Assembly: GCA_004322535.1 (NCBI GenBank)
Contig: SCUZ01000063.1
Coordinates: 5,021-69,020, forward strand
Length of the DNA: 64,000 bases
DNA from: Rugosibacter sp.
Lineage (GTDB): Bacteria > Pseudomonadota > Gammaproteobacteria > Burkholderiales > Rhodocyclaceae
Direction: 5' to 3'
Positions 1-11,138 of this stretch are shown piece by piece. The translations under genes and the position numbers were made by a program. The notes under the pieces were generated by a model. That model did not search any database, was not told the DNA's origin, and saw only the letters and a program-made list of their open reading frames with translations. Every line of letters begins with the position of its first letter. Positions within the stretch are counted from its first letter, which is position 1.

Positions 1-34
1 AAACCCGCACTGAAAAACAACGCGGGCTTTTTTC
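1..34 (+). terminator. Possible weak rho-independent terminator at the window edge
   Basis: 5-bp GC stem CCCGC (4-8) / GCGGG (22-26) with a 13-nt loop, followed by TTTTTT (28-33). It lies 17 nt beyond the panD stop, so it may also act on the minus strand. Confidence 0.3.
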
Positions 35-50
35 ATTGCAACAACCTAAA

Positions 51-434
51 TCAGGCAGCCGCTTGCGTCGGGATTTTCTTGCTGTGATGCGTAATGCGGT
101 TTTTTGCATCCACGTACACCAGATCCGGCTCAAAATTCACCAACTCGATTTCATTCATCGTTGCATAGCTGGCAATGATTAACAAGTCGCCCGGTGCTGC
201 CTTGCGGGCGGCGGCGCCATTCACCGAGATGGTTCCGGTACTACGTTCTGCGCGAATGGCATAGGTGGTAAAACGCTCGCCATTATTCACGTTGTAAATG
301 TCGATCTGCTGGTATTCCTTGATGTCCGCTGCGTCAAGCAGGTTTTCATCAATCGCACAGGAGCCTTCATAGTGCAGCTCGGCTTGTGTCACCGTAACAC
401 GGTGAATTTTTGATTTCAGCATCATGCGCTGCAT
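51..434 (-). CDS. panD: Aspartate 1-decarboxylase
   Basis: [25 protein letters not shown], including the YEG/SC pyruvoyl self-cleavage site. Start moved to ATG 434, which is preceded by AAAGGAA; the 13-aa extension in the track is rejected. Confidence 0.93.
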   Translation of the reverse strand: MQRMMLKSKIHRVTVTQAELHYEGSCAIDENLLDAADIKEYQQIDIYNVNNGERFTTYAIRAERSTGTISVNGAAARKAAPGDLLIIASYATMNEIELVNFEPDLVYVDAKNRITHHSKKIPTQAAA

Positions 435-557
435 TGTCGTTCCTTTCTCATGCAAAGGGGAGGCAATTGCCATTGGGATACATCACATCGCCACATCAAC
501 TGCTGGCGCATTCATTTCGCTACTGGCACACCACCGGCATGAGCGCATCGCAGTGGC

Positions 558-1391
558 CTAAACTTCCAGATTGTCGATGAGGCGCGTGCTGCCTAAACGC
601 GCAGCTGCCAACACCACCAGACCGGAATCGTGAGCGGGGGCGCATTGTAAATCAAGTTTTTTACGCAATGCAACATATTCCGGCAACCAGCCATGAACCT
701 GCAATTGGACCATGGCCTCTTGTTCAAGCTGCTTGTAGTCAAGATTCCCCGCCCGCACGGCCGCAGCTACCTTCGTTATCACCTGAAACAGGCGCGGTGC
801 CTCAATCCGCTCTGCCGTTGACAAATAGCCATTGCGCGACGACAGTGCCAGGCCATCCTCCGCGCGCACCGTCTCGCCACCGATGATTTGTATGGGCAGA
901 TTAAAGTCCGCCACCATGTTGCGGATCACCATCAACTGCTGATAATCCTTCTTGCCGAACAAAGCCGTATCGGGCTGAGTGATCTGCAACAGTTTTAACA
1001 CTACCGTCGCCATGCCACGAAAATGGCCGGGGCGAAATTCGCCATCCAGAATGTCCGCCTGCTCTGGCGGTGGCTCGACATAATAGGTTTGCGGCTGCGG
1101 ATACATCTCGGCCTCGACAGGCGCGAACAGATGATCAACGCCAGCGGCTTCCAGTTGTGCGCAATCCGCCGCAAAGGTGCGCGGATATTTTTCAAAATCC
1201 TCACCTGGCCGGAATTGCAGGCGATTCACAAAAATAGTCGCCATGACCACATCGGCATATTCTCGTGCCTGGCGCATCAGCGAAATATGCCCCGCATGCA
1301 GATTGCCCATGGTGGGGACAACCGCCACACGCTGCACACCCATTGCCGTACGCGCTGCGCGCACGTCTGCAATCGTTGCGTGCACCTGCAT
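558..1391 (-). CDS. panC: Pantoate--beta-alanine ligase
   Basis: VVPTMGNLHAGHISL motif and full-length PanC-like sequence. ATG 1391 overlaps the panB stop (TGATG). The track start at 1400 is TTG. Confidence 0.93.
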   Translation of the reverse strand: MQVHATIADVRAARTAMGVQRVAVVPTMGNLHAGHISLMRQAREYADVVMATIFVNRLQFRPGEDFEKYPRTFAADCAQLEAAGVDHLFAPVEAEMYPQPQTYYVEPPPEQADILDGEFRPGHFRGMATVVLKLLQITQPDTALFGKKDYQQLMVIRNMVADFNLPIQIIGGETVRAEDGLALSSRNGYLSTAERIEAPRLFQVITKVAAAVRAGNLDYKQLEQEAMVQLQVHGWLPEYVALRKKLDLQCAPAHDSGLVVLAAARLGSTRLIDNLEV

Positions 1392-2206
1392 CAGTAACAA
1401 TGCTCCGGTGCAGGGAAGCTGCCGTCTTTAACGGCGTTGACATACGCAGTGACGGCCCCGTCAATGCTCTGTGCATCGCGCATGAAGTCTTTAACAAATC
1501 GGCCTTTCTTGCCGGGATACACGCCCAGCATATCGTGCAGCACCAGCACTTGTCCGTCGCAATCCTTGCCTGCACCTATGCCTATCGTGGCGCAGGCTTT
1601 CAGCAGTTGCGTAATTTCACCGGCCAGTTCGGCCGGCACCATTTCCATCACCATCAGACTCGCACCGGCATCTTCCAGCGCTGTGGCGTCCGCCTTCATG
1701 CGGGCTGCGGCCGCATCGCCCCGCCCCTGCACGCGATAGCCGCCCAGCGCATGCACCGATTGCGGCGTGAGGCCAATGTGTGCGCACACCGGCACACCAC
1801 GTGCAACCAAAAAGTGCACGGTCTCGGCCATCACGGCACCACCTTCGAGCTTGACCATTTCAGCGCCTGCCGCCATCAGGCGCACGGCATTGCGCATGGC
1901 CTGCTCTTTGGATTCGTGATAGCTGCCAAACGGCATGTCCGTCACGCACATCGCGCGCTGCGCCATATGGCCGACACATTCGGTGTGATATACCATTTGA
2001 TCCATGCTTACCGGCAGGGTCGAGGTCTTGCCTTGCAATACATTGCCGAGCGAATCGCCAACGAGAATCACATCCACGCCACAACGGTCTTCGAGCGCAG
2101 CGAAGCTGGCGTCATAGCCGGTCAGCATGGCAATTTTTTCGCTCTCCTTTTTCATGCGGATCAGCTCAGGCAGGGTGATGGGTTTATTCGATGCGAGATA
2201 GGTCAT
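1391..2206 (-). CDS. panB: 3-methyl-2-oxobutanoate hydroxymethyltransferase
   Basis: [43 protein letters not shown] 2206 overlaps the upstream stop (ATGA). The 80-aa N-terminal extension of the track ORF is rejected. Confidence 0.93.
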   Translation of the reverse strand: MTYLASNKPITLPELIRMKKESEKIAMLTGYDASFAALEDRCGVDVILVGDSLGNVLQGKTSTLPVSMDQMVYHTECVGHMAQRAMCVTDMPFGSYHESKEQAMRNAVRLMAAGAEMVKLEGGAVMAETVHFLVARGVPVCAHIGLTPQSVHALGGYRVQGRGDAAAARMKADATALEDAGASLMVMEMVPAELAGEITQLLKACATIGIGAGKDCDGQVLVLHDMLGVYPGKKGRFVKDFMRDAQSIDGAVTAYVNAVKDGSFPAPEHCY

Positions 2207-2556
2207 GGTGATCTGAAAATAAAATAAACGGCACCTAGGATACACAAAGCCGCCCACAGATAATCCAGCTTGAGCGGCTGACGCATGTAGAAAGCTGCAA
2301 AAGGAACGAACACTGCGAGGGTAATGACTTCCTGCAGAATCTTCAATTGTCCCAAGGACAATGCCTGATAGCCAATACGATTGGCTGGCACCTGCAATAA
2401 ATACTCGAACAACGCGATACCCCACGAGACCAGCGCAGCGATCCACCAGGGCTTATCACTGAGATTCTTCAAATGCGCATACCAGGCGAAAGTCATGAAG
2501 ACATTCGAGGCGGCGAGCAGCAAAGCAGTCTGCCAGAGAAAGGGAATCTGCGGCAT
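2203..2556 (-). CDS. Small DMT-superfamily membrane protein (DUF486-like)
   Basis: 117 aa with four predicted hydrophobic helices; translationally coupled to panB. Confidence 0.6.
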   Translation of the reverse strand: MPQIPFLWQTALLLAASNVFMTFAWYAHLKNLSDKPWWIAALVSWGIALFEYLLQVPANRIGYQALSLGQLKILQEVITLAVFVPFAAFYMRQPLKLDYLWAALCILGAVYFIFRSP

Positions 2557-2571
2557 GGTTTAGAGGTTCAT

Positions 2572-3081
2572 TTACGGGCCCAGCCGTTCAATCTGTTGCC
2601 CGGCGCATTTCGCCAGCAGGGCACTGACTGCACCCATCCCCGAAACCACCAACTGCGGCGCAATTTCAGCCAACGGTGCCAGCACAAACGCCCGCTCGTG
2701 CAAACGCGGATGAGGCAAGGTGAGTTGCACGTCATGGCTCACTAAATCGCCATACAGCAGCAGATCGAGATCCAGCGTGCGCGGCGCATTCGGCACAGGG
2801 GTAGCAAAATCGCGTTGGCGACCAAAGCGTGCCTCGATGGCAAATAATTCGGCCAGAAAAATCGGCGCTGGCAATACGGTGCTCATCTCCACCACAGCGT
2901 TAATAAAGTCGGGCTGATCCGTTAAACCCGGCGTCAAACCCACGGGCGCGGTGCGATAAAGCGATGAAGCAGTAACCAATTCCATCTGCGGCAATTCACG
3001 CAATGCGGCCAGCGCCGCCTTCACGGTGGCTACCGGATCGCCAAGATTAGCGCCCAGCGCGACAAAACAACGCACGCCCAC
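2572..3081 (-). CDS. folK: 2-amino-4-hydroxy-6-hydroxymethyldihydropteridine diphosphokinase
   Basis: VALGANLGDP ... RTLDLDLLLYGD ... LPHPR HPPK motifs. GTG start. Confidence 0.9.
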   Translation of the reverse strand: MGVRCFVALGANLGDPVATVKAALAALRELPQMELVTASSLYRTAPVGLTPGLTDQPDFINAVVEMSTVLPAPIFLAELFAIEARFGRQRDFATPVPNAPRTLDLDLLLYGDLVSHDVQLTLPHPRLHERAFVLAPLAEIAPQLVVSGMGAVSALLAKCAGQQIERLGP

Positions 3082-3084
3082 GGT

Positions 3085-4458
3085 TTAATCCTCGTCGCTT
3101 ACCGTGGATTCTGTTGTGCTCAAAGCATCGCCTGCATGAGCCAAGCCGTCTGCTGGCTTTTTGGCACGACGACGGCGCCGTTTCTTCGGCCCGCTATCAG
3201 GCAAGAGCATGGCTTCGCGCCCCGCTAGATCGGCCATTTGAAAATCGTGCCACCAGTCGGCGAGCTCTTGATCAATCTCGCCACTTTCTGCGCGCAAGGC
3301 CAGAAAATCATACGCCGCGCGAAAGCGTGGCTGCTCCAGCAAACGATGCGGCGATTTGCCCGCACGCTTCTCGAAACGCGGCTGCAATGCCCATATTTCC
3401 TTGATGTCGCCCGCGATGCGGCGCGTGATGGCGAGCTTCTCACCCTGCTGGTCAAGCACTTCATCCATTGCTTCGTACAGCGCTGGCGTAGGCAGTTCGC
3501 GGCGAGCTTTGCGTATCTCCCAGTTGGCCAGCACTTCGTGCCACAGCAACGTGGCAAACAGATAGCCTGGCGAGAGCGACTTGCCCGCCTTGACGCGCGC
3601 ATCGGTGCTGGTTAAAGCCAAAAGCACAAACTTTTCGCCCAGCGGCTGTTCAAGAATCACATCCAGCAGCGGCAACAAGCCATGATGCAGTCCATCATCG
3701 CGCAAGCGCTTGACACATTCCACGGCATGGCCGGAAAAGAGCAGCTTCAACATCTCGTCGAACACACGTGCCACCGGCACGTTTTCCATCAAATCAGCCA
3801 TCGCCCGGATCGGCGCGCGCAAAGCAGGGTCAAGCGTCAATCCCAGCTTGGCGGAAAGCCGCACCGCGCGCAGCATGCGCACCGGGTCCTCACGATAGCG
3901 TACAGTCGGCTCGCCGATCATGCGCAGTGTTTTCTGCTTTAAATCGGCCACGCCGTGGTGGTAATCGTGCACGATTTGCGTCGTGGGATCGTAATACAGC
4001 GCATTCACCGTAAAGTCGCGCCGCGCGGCGTCTTCTGCCATAGAACCAAATACGTTATCGCGCAGCACGCGACCATGTTCGTCCTTGGCGGTATCTGCAT
4101 CGTGCGCAGCGCGAAAAGTGGAAACTTCCAACATTTCGCTACCCTGCATCACATGCACAATCTGAAACCGGCGGCCAATAATGCGCGAGCGACGAAACAG
4201 ATTCCGCACCTGCTCCGGCGTGGCACTGGTGGCGATGTCGTAATCTTTCGGCACAATGCCTGCGATCAAATCGCGCACCGCCCCACCCACCACATAGGCG
4301 GTATAACCCGCCTTTTGCAGTGCCTCGCACGTGCGCCGCGCGCCGGGCGAGACGCTATCACGGTGGATACCATGGCGAGCCAAAGGAATCAGCCCCGGCT
4401 TACCCGAAGGCAGCGGGCCGCCGCGACGAAAAACGCGGTGAAACAGCTTACGAATCAT
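3085..4458 (-). CDS. pcnB: Poly(A) polymerase I
   Basis: Nucleotidyltransferase head YVVGGAVRDLIAG..DYDIAT, a long helical body and a basic KKRRRRRAKK tail. Start moved to ATG 4458 (MIRKLF). Confidence 0.9.
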   Translation of the reverse strand: MIRKLFHRVFRRGGPLPSGKPGLIPLARHGIHRDSVSPGARRTCEALQKAGYTAYVVGGAVRDLIAGIVPKDYDIATSATPEQVRNLFRRSRIIGRRFQIVHVMQGSEMLEVSTFRAAHDADTAKDEHGRVLRDNVFGSMAEDAARRDFTVNALYYDPTTQIVHDYHHGVADLKQKTLRMIGEPTVRYREDPVRMLRAVRLSAKLGLTLDPALRAPIRAMADLMENVPVARVFDEMLKLLFSGHAVECVKRLRDDGLHHGLLPLLDVILEQPLGEKFVLLALTSTDARVKAGKSLSPGYLFATLLWHEVLANWEIRKARRELPTPALYEAMDEVLDQQGEKLAITRRIAGDIKEIWALQPRFEKRAGKSPHRLLEQPRFRAAYDFLALRAESGEIDQELADWWHDFQMADLAGREAMLLPDSGPKKRRRRRAKKPADGLAHAGDALSTTESTVSDED

Positions 4459-4591
4459 GAATAAAAGAAAGCAGCGCAGAACTTTCTGCGAGAAGCTGCA
4501 ATGATAACGGAAAACTCGGTGCAGCCGACTTTTAGCGCAGGCTAGCATTGGCTTCCGCTAGAATTGGTGTTTTTCGCCATCTGCCTGCCCC

Positions 4592-7426
4592 ATGGAACTT
4601 GCCAAGAGCTTTGAACCTGCTGAAATTGAAAAACGCTGGTACCCGATCTGGGAATCTCGTGGCTACTTTGCAGCGGGGTTGGACACAACCAAAACCGATA
4701 GTTTCTGCATCCTGCTACCGCCACCGAACGTTACCGGCACGCTGCACATGGGCCACGGCTTCAATCAGGCCATCATGGATGCGCTGACCCGCTACCACCG
4801 CATGCGCGGCGACAACACGCTGTGGCAACCGGGCACAGACCACGCGGGCATCGCCACGCAAATTGTGGTCGAGCGCCAGCTCGATGCGCAGGGCGTCTCG
4901 CGCCATGATCTGGGCCGCGAAAAATTCATCGAAAAAGTGTGGGAATGGAAGGAATATTCCGGCGGTGCCATCACGCAGCAAATGCGCCGCCTGGGAACCA
5001 GCCCCGACTGGACGCGCGAGCGCTTCACGATGGATGCGGGGCTGTCGAAAATCGTCACCGAAACCTTTGTGCGGCTGTACAACGAAGGCTTGATCTACCG
5101 TGGAAAACGGCTGGTGAATTGGGATCCGGTGCTGGGTACAGCCGTCTCCGACCTGGAAGTGGTGAGTACGGAAGAAGACGGCTCGATGTGGCACATTCGC
5201 TACCTACTGGCCGACGGTAGCGGCCATCTCACTGTTGCCACGACGCGGCCGGAGACCATGCTCGGCGACGTGGCGGTAATGGTGCACCCCGAAGACAAAC
5301 GCTATGCGCATCTCATTGGCAAGCACGTGATTTTGCCGCTGTGCAACCGCGAGATTCCCATCATTGCGGATAGCTATGTCGACAAGGAGTTCGGCACCGG
5401 CGTGGTGAAAGTCACGCCTGCACATGACTTCAATGACTATGCGGTAGGGCAGCGCCACAAGCTGCCGATGATCTCAATCCTGGGCCTCAACGCCAAAATC
5501 AACGACACCGCACCAGAAAAGTACCAGGGACTTGACCGCTTTGAAGCCCGCCGTGTCATCATCGCCGACCTTGAGGCGGCGGGACTTTTGGAGAGCGTCA
5601 AGCCCCACAAGCTGACAGTGCCGCGCGGCGACCGCACGGGCGTCATCATCGAACCGATGCTCACCGACCAGTGGTTCGTGGCCATGAGCAAACCCGGCAC
5701 GGATGGCCAGTCCATCGTTGGCAAGGCGCTGGAAGCTGTCTCATCGGGCGAGATCAAGTTCGTGCCCGAAAACTGGGTGAATACCTACAACCAGTGGCTG
5801 AACAACATCCAGGACTGGTGCATCTCGCGCCAGCTTTGGTGGGGACATCAGATTCCCGCCTGGTATACCGATGATGGCAAAATCATCGTCGCGCACAATG
5901 AGGCTGAAGCAACGTCAATCGCGGCAAAGAATGGTTATACCGGCCAACTCAAGCGCGATGAAGATGTGCTCGACACCTGGTATTCCTCTGCTCTGTGGCC
6001 GTTCTCCACGCTCGACTGGACGCCCGAATATCCAACGCAATCCAACCCCGCACTGGATCTTTACTTGCCATCAACGGTGCTTGTCACCGGCTTTGACATC
6101 ATTTTCTTTTGGGTCGCGCGCATGGTGATGATGACCAAATACCTCACCGGCAAAATTCCCTTCAAGCATGTCTATGTGCATGGCCTGATTCGCGACGCCG
6201 AAGGCCAGAAAATGAGCAAGTCAAAGGGCAATGTGCTCGACCCGATTGATTTGATCGACGGCATCACGCTCGATGATCTGGTGGAAAAGCGCACCACCGG
6301 CTTGATGAACCCGAAGGACGCGCAAAAAATCGAAAAGCGCACGCGAAAAGAATTCCCCGGTGGCATTCCCGCTTTCGGCACCGATGCGCTGCGCTTTACC
6401 TTTTTGAGCCTGGCCAGCCCCGGCCGCGACATCAAGTTCGACATGCATCGCTGCGAGGGCTATCGCAATTTCTGCAACAAGCTGTGGAACGCCACGCGCT
6501 TTGTGCTGATGAACTGCGAGGGCAAGGACTGCGGCATTCCGCCCGTCCGCGAAAACGCAGCCTGCGGCGGCATCGGGCCGATTGAACTCTCGCCCGCCGA
6601 TCGCTGGATCATCAGCCGCCTGCAAGCGCTGGAAGCCGACGCCGCCAGACATTTTGCCGATTACCGTTTCGATCTGCTCGCCAAGACCGCGTATGAATTC
6701 ATTTGGGATGAATACTGCGACTGGTATCTGGAACTGGCCAAGGTGCAGCTGCAAAATGGCAACGAAGCCCAGCAACGCGGCACGCGGCGCACGCTGATCC
6801 GCGTGCTGGAAGCCGTGCTGCGCGTGGTGCATCCGCTGATTCCTTTTATTACTGAAGAACTGTGGCAGAAAGTCGCCCCGATTGCAGGCAAAGCCACAGG
6901 CGATGGCAGCGAATCCATCATGCTGCAAGCCTACCCGCAAGCCAACAAAATTGCCATCGACCCCGCCGCTGAAGCCTGGATTGCGACCTTGAAGAATATG
7001 GTGAACGCCTGCCGCAGCCTGCGTGGCGAGATGAATTTATCGCCCGCGCAGAAAGTGCCATTAGTCGGCGCTGGTGAGACGGCGACATTGCAAGCTTACG
7101 CACCTTATTTAGCCGCGTTAGCCAAACTATCCGAAGTCACGGTAGCTGAGACCTTGCCAGACACCGATGCCCCCGTGCAAATCGTCGGCGACTTCCGCCT
7201 GATGCTGAAAATCGAGGTTGATGTCGCTGCTGAAAAAGAGCGCATCGGCAAAGAGCTCGCGCGCATTGAAGGGGAGATCATCAAAGCCGAAAACAAGCTG
7301 CAAACCGCGAGCTTTGTCGAACGCGCTCCAGCCAATGTCGTCGCCCAGGAGCGCGAGCGACTGGCGGGGTTTGTCGCACTACGAGACAAGCTGAGCGCAC
7401 AAATATCGCGGCTGGTTTCATGTTGA
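4592..7426 (+). CDS. valS: Valine--tRNA ligase
   Basis: 944 aa with class I motifs [13 protein letters not shown] and KMSKSKGN, plus a C-terminal coiled coil. Confidence 0.97.
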   Translation: MELAKSFEPAEIEKRWYPIWESRGYFAAGLDTTKTDSFCILLPPPNVTGTLHMGHGFNQAIMDALTRYHRMRGDNTLWQPGTDHAGIATQIVVERQLDAQGVSRHDLGREKFIEKVWEWKEYSGGAITQQMRRLGTSPDWTRERFTMDAGLSKIVTETFVRLYNEGLIYRGKRLVNWDPVLGTAVSDLEVVSTEEDGSMWHIRYLLADGSGHLTVATTRPETMLGDVAVMVHPEDKRYAHLIGKHVILPLCNREIPIIADSYVDKEFGTGVVKVTPAHDFNDYAVGQRHKLPMISILGLNAKINDTAPEKYQGLDRFEARRVIIADLEAAGLLESVKPHKLTVPRGDRTGVIIEPMLTDQWFVAMSKPGTDGQSIVGKALEAVSSGEIKFVPENWVNTYNQWLNNIQDWCISRQLWWGHQIPAWYTDDGKIIVAHNEAEATSIAAKNGYTGQLKRDEDVLDTWYSSALWPFSTLDWTPEYPTQSNPALDLYLPSTVLVTGFDIIFFWVARMVMMTKYLTGKIPFKHVYVHGLIRDAEGQKMSKSKGNVLDPIDLIDGITLDDLVEKRTTGLMNPKDAQKIEKRTRKEFPGGIPAFGTDALRFTFLSLASPGRDIKFDMHRCEGYRNFCNKLWNATRFVLMNCEGKDCGIPPVRENAACGGIGPIELSPADRWIISRLQALEADAARHFADYRFDLLAKTAYEFIWDEYCDWYLELAKVQLQNGNEAQQRGTRRTLIRVLEAVLRVVHPLIPFITEELWQKVAPIAGKATGDGSESIMLQAYPQANKIAIDPAAEAWIATLKNMVNACRSLRGEMNLSPAQKVPLVGAGETATLQAYAPYLAALAKLSEVTVAETLPDTDAPVQIVGDFRLMLKIEVDVAAEKERIGKELARIEGEIIKAENKLQTASFVERAPANVVAQERERLAGFVALRDKLSAQISRLVSC
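7060..7084 (+). repeat. 25-nt dispersed repeat, forward copy, 22/25 to consensus
   Basis: attagtcggcgctggtgagacggcg. Inside valS, read as PLVGAGETA. Confidence 0.7.
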
Positions 7427-7472
7427 TTGCGGACCGATCCACTGAATATTGAGTCTTGCGTATTGATGCCGA

Positions 7473-7700
7473 TTATTTGCGCCGCATAAAAAACTCAAAC
7501 TCACCATCAAGGCTTTGACTGCCAAGCAAGGCATTACCTGTCTGGCGAGAAAATGCTGCAAAGTCTTGTACCGAGCCAGGATCTGTCGCCAGTATTCGCA
7601 ACACCTGGCCGGACTTTAACTCAACCAGTGCCTTCTTGGTGCGCAAAATCGGCAACGGACATTTCAAGCCACGCGCATCGAGTTCTTTATCGAAGTTCAT
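7473..7700 (-). CDS. TusA/SirA-family sulfurtransferase-like protein
   Basis: 75 aa, with LDARGLKCPLPIL (the CPxP motif). Confidence 0.8.
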   Translation of the reverse strand: MNFDKELDARGLKCPLPILRTKKALVELKSGQVLRILATDPGSVQDFAAFSRQTGNALLGSQSLDGEFEFFMRRK

Positions 7701-7807
7701 TTGTTTTACGCCTCTTATCGGAAGATGGATACGCCCCGAAACAGCCGATCCTCAAGTAGTCTACTACGCGTAATTTACCTGACACTGGTGCTTGCGCAAA
7801 CTCGCTT

Positions 7808-8245
7808 ATGAAAATGAATTTTTCTTCTCTGCCCACCCGGCAATTCATTCGTTATCTCGGCGTTGGCGGATTAAGCTTTGCGGTTGACTTTGCTTGTCTT
7901 TATTTTCTTACAGAGCATGTCGGCATCCACTATCTCCTCTCTGCCTCGCTCGCTTTTTGCGTCGGCCTTACCACCAACTACCTGCTCTGCCTGGCCTGGG
8001 TTTTTGATTTTCGCCGCATGCCAAACCGCTGGCATGAGTTCATGGTGTTTGGCGCGATTGGTTTTATAGGGCTCCTGCTTAACAATTTACTGCTCTGGTT
8101 ATTAACAGAGCATGCCGGTCTGTATTACCTGCTATCAAAAATCGTAGCAACCGCAACCATTCTATTGTTCAATTTTTCTCTACGTCGCTGGCTGCTTTTT
8201 TCGCCCCCACAGGCCTCGACGACCCCAAGGGGAATACTGCCATGA
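7808..8245 (+). CDS. GtrA-family membrane protein
   Basis: 145 aa with four TM segments; the N-terminal [14 protein letters not shown] is GtrA-like. Confidence 0.7.
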   Translation: MKMNFSSLPTRQFIRYLGVGGLSFAVDFACLYFLTEHVGIHYLLSASLAFCVGLTTNYLLCLAWVFDFRRMPNRWHEFMVFGAIGFIGLLLNNLLLWLLTEHAGLYYLLSKIVATATILLFNFSLRRWLLFSPPQASTTPRGILP

Positions 8246-9789
8246 TGCAAATTGCCCTCATCATCGGTGCCGGCCCCGCTGGCCTGACGGCTGCGCTTGA
8301 ACTTGCCAGGAACTCCGACATCCGGCCCATCGTGCTCGAAGCGCTCAACGATGTCGGTGGAATTTCTCGTACCATCGAATACAAGGGCAACCGCATGGAC
8401 ATCGGTGGCCACCGCTTCTTTTCCAAGTCTGACTGGGTGATGAACTGGTGGCGACAGATGATGCCCGTTGCCCCTGACAAGGACGCCGACGGTTTTTCGG
8501 TAATCCCCAAGAATGATCGCCACCTGCTGGTCCGCCCACGCCTCTCGCGCATTTATTTTCTGCGCCGCTTTTTTGACTATCCGATTTCGCTTTCAAAGAA
8601 AACCATGGCCAACCTCGGCCCCGTGCGGCTCGTGCGCATCGGCGTCACTTACGTTTGGGCCAGCCTGTTTCCACGCAAGCCGGAAAAAAACCTGGAAGAC
8701 TTTTTCTACAACCGTTTCGGCGGCGAGTTGTATCGCACCTTTTTCAAGGACTACACCGAAAAAGTCTGGGGCGTCGCCTGCCGCGCCATCAGCCCGGAAT
8801 GGGGCGCGCAACGCATCAAGGGCTTGTCAATCATCAAAGCCATTCTGCATGCGGCAAAAAAAACCTTTTCCAGTGGCAGCAGCGCCAATGTCGCGCAAAA
8901 AGGCACAGAAACCAGCCTAATCGAGCGCTTTCTCTATCCCAAATTCGGCCCGGGCCAAATATGGCGCATCGCTGCCGAAGAACTGTGCGCCAAAGGCGGC
9001 GAAATTCACTTTGGCTTGAAGGTCGTCACGCTCAAACGCGAAAATAATCGCATCGTCGCGATTGAGACCGAAGATGCGGACAAGGTTCGGCGCTGGTGGC
9101 ACGGCAACTGGGCGATCTCCACCATGCCCCTGCGTGACATGGTGCAAGCCTTGCAACCCCCTGCGCCGGAAGAGGTGCTTACCATAGCGGATGGCCTGAT
9201 GTATCGCGACTTCATCACCATGGGCCTGCTGCTGAAAAAACTCAAACCACGTCCTGAGGGAAAACCACCGCTGAACCTTTTGCCCGACACCTGGATTTAC
9301 ATCCAGGAACCGGATGTAAAAATTGGCCGCCTGCAAATTTTCAACAACTGGAGTCCGGCGCTGGTCAATGATCCCGACACGATCTGGATGGGCCTCGAAT
9401 ACTTCTGCCAGGAGGAGGATGAGCTCTGGCGCATGAGTGACGAAGAATTTTCGCGCTTTGCCATTGCCGAACTGGCCAAGATCGACCTCATCGATCCCGC
9501 CGACACACTCGACTGGCACGTCGCCCGCGTACCTAAAGCCTACCCGGCCTATTTCGGCAGCTACGACCGTTTCGATACCCTGCGCGAATTCACTGATGGC
9601 ATCAGCAATCTGTTCCTCGTCGGCCGCAACGGCATGCACCGCTACAACAACCAGGACCACTCGATGGTCACCGCCAAGCTTGCGGTGGAAGCCATCCTTT
9701 CGGGCTCAACCGACAAGTCGGCGATCTGGACGGTGAATGTCGAAGAGGAATATCACGAAGAAAAAAGTAGAAAAACAAATTCTGCCTAG
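8242..9789 (+). CDS. FAD/NAD(P)-binding oxidoreductase (amine-oxidase / UDP-galactopyranose-mutase-like)
   Basis: N-terminal [15 protein letters not shown] Rossmann dinucleotide motif. ATGA overlap with the gtrA-like gene. Confidence 0.65.
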   Translation: MMQIALIIGAGPAGLTAALELARNSDIRPIVLEALNDVGGISRTIEYKGNRMDIGGHRFFSKSDWVMNWWRQMMPVAPDKDADGFSVIPKNDRHLLVRPRLSRIYFLRRFFDYPISLSKKTMANLGPVRLVRIGVTYVWASLFPRKPEKNLEDFFYNRFGGELYRTFFKDYTEKVWGVACRAISPEWGAQRIKGLSIIKAILHAAKKTFSSGSSANVAQKGTETSLIERFLYPKFGPGQIWRIAAEELCAKGGEIHFGLKVVTLKRENNRIVAIETEDADKVRRWWHGNWAISTMPLRDMVQALQPPAPEEVLTIADGLMYRDFITMGLLLKKLKPRPEGKPPLNLLPDTWIYIQEPDVKIGRLQIFNNWSPALVNDPDTIWMGLEYFCQEEDELWRMSDEEFSRFAIAELAKIDLIDPADTLDWHVARVPKAYPAYFGSYDRFDTLREFTDGISNLFLVGRNGMHRYNNQDHSMVTAKLAVEAILSGSTDKSAIWTVNVEEEYHEEKSRKTNSA

Positions 9790-11120
9790 CCACGATGAGG
9801 TACGACATAAGGCTGATGCAAATGAGGAGTTACCGGCCAGACCGCGCGATAATCCCTGACCACCCAATGCAAAAACATGGCTGCAAACAGCAACCCCGCA
9901 ATACCAAGACGGGAGACCGCTATCTGCTGGGCAATACCTTCGTCATCGTTTGCAGCCACGGCAACTGGCTTGGCTGTTAGCGCAAAGGCGATAGCCGCAA
10001 AGAAAAGATATTGCAGATGGTAAAGCCCGCCATCCAGCAAACCAGTCAGCAAAAGAAACACCATGAGAGCCGCGCCTAACCCCGTCATGCTGTCTTTGCT
10101 TGCCTTCCAGGCGGAACGCTCAGGCATCCCCTGCCTGACCAGCCACAGCAGCAAAAGAAAACCTCCTGCACCCCAGTCAGCCAATACTTGCAAACCGATG
10201 TTATGTGGATGAAATATCTGGTCGAACATCAGGCGTAAGCGCACGAAGCCATTGCCACCGGCACCCAAAAGTGCGACGCCGGGCTTGTGTAACGCATCAA
10301 GCGTTTTCAGCCATAAACTCAACCTGCCCGAAGACATGCCATCGATACCACTAGCGCCAATCCCGCTGCGAAAAAAAGCGTTCAAAAAGCCCATCGAGGG
10401 ATTCCCGACATCGAACCAAAGCGCCAGTGCTACAGCCACAATCACTTCAAGCAGCCAACCGCGCAACGCTGACCACTGACCGGTTAACCAGATAAACGTT
10501 AAAAATGCGAGTAGCCAGGACAGAATAGCCCCTCTGCTGCCTGACCAAAACAGCAAACTCAAGCCAATAATCCGAGCCAGTACAAATAACCACTGCTCGC
10601 TTTGGCGATATCCGGCATCTCGGTAGAGGAATACACTCATCAACCCAACCGTCATGGCCAAGCGGCGGATATTGCCAAAAATTGGCAACTTGACCCAGTT
10701 AACAACCGCATCAGCGCCGTCGATTAAACGGTAGCAAATAATGATCAAACTTAGCGCAACCACCACTTGCAACACTTTGAGCATATCTTCGCTCCCGGCG
10801 AAAAGCCGCGCGTAGAGAACAACTAGAAGCGGCAGAATCAACCAATGAACATCACGCGCCAACGCCGGTAAAAATTCGCCGCTAAGTGCATCGGAAAGAA
10901 CCACCCAGGCAGTAAACGCACCATAAGCGAACAAGCTGCGTCGGTCGACACGCACTTCGCTCACTGACAATATAAGCAAACACAGCATGGCCATCGAACA
11001 AAATAAAGCGGGTTCGAGCAGAAAATAACTTCCAGGCACCGGCCACCAACCCGTGAAGACGACCGCAACCGCCATCAGGTTGATAAGAGCAAAAAGCAGG
11101 TTGGTGTTTTTTGCGAGCAT
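9786..11120 (-). CDS. O-antigen ligase/polymerase-like (Wzy_C-type) polytopic membrane protein
   Basis: 444 aa with about 10-12 hydrophobic segments; the central [14 protein letters not shown] is Wzy_C-like. Confidence 0.6.
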   Translation of the reverse strand: MLAKNTNLLFALINLMAVAVVFTGWWPVPGSYFLLEPALFCSMAMLCLLILSVSEVRVDRRSLFAYGAFTAWVVLSDALSGEFLPALARDVHWLILPLLVVLYARLFAGSEDMLKVLQVVVALSLIIICYRLIDGADAVVNWVKLPIFGNIRRLAMTVGLMSVFLYRDAGYRQSEQWLFVLARIIGLSLLFWSGSRGAILSWLLAFLTFIWLTGQWSALRGWLLEVIVAVALALWFDVGNPSMGFLNAFFRSGIGASGIDGMSSGRLSLWLKTLDALHKPGVALLGAGGNGFVRLRLMFDQIFHPHNIGLQVLADWGAGGFLLLLWLVRQGMPERSAWKASKDSMTGLGAALMVFLLLTGLLDGGLYHLQYLFFAAIAFALTAKPVAVAANDDEGIAQQIAVSRLGIAGLLFAAMFLHWVVRDYRAVWPVTPHLHQPYVVPHRG

Positions 11121-11138
11121 TCAGTCTTCCTGAGACTC

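Noticed and set aside
1265-2227. 320-aa plus-strand ORF, one of many long antisense ORFs. Others include 3955-4464, 6221-6940, 8917-9660, 13059-13715, 23703-24251, 30909-31889, 45783-46889 and 49918-50451.
   Set aside because: Each lies fully inside, and antisense to, a gene with strong family motifs. The translations are Arg/His/Ala/Gly-rich and low in complexity, as expected for shadow ORFs in GC-rich coding DNA. None has an RBS or a recognisable motif.
2207-2446. N-terminal extensions of track ORFs: panB to 2446, pcnB to 4548, murA to 48926, hisH to 42578, msrA from 26282, Anbu to 32448, ATP-grasp to 34894, pilin to 16290.
   Set aside because: The extensions overlap upstream genes or intergenic DNA and are not part of the conserved family N-termini. 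Internal ATGs reproduce the canonical N-termini and the typical stop/start coupling.
4509-4533. Possible additional copy of the 25-nt motif in the pcnB-valS spacer (…gcagccgactttt).
   Set aside because: Only the 10-mer GCCGACTTTT matches and the remaining 15 nt diverge. It was not counted as a copy, though it could be a decayed remnant. Other 8-10-nt partial matches (14744-like cores at 9708, 33630, 35294, 40600 and 41504) were ignored for the same reason.
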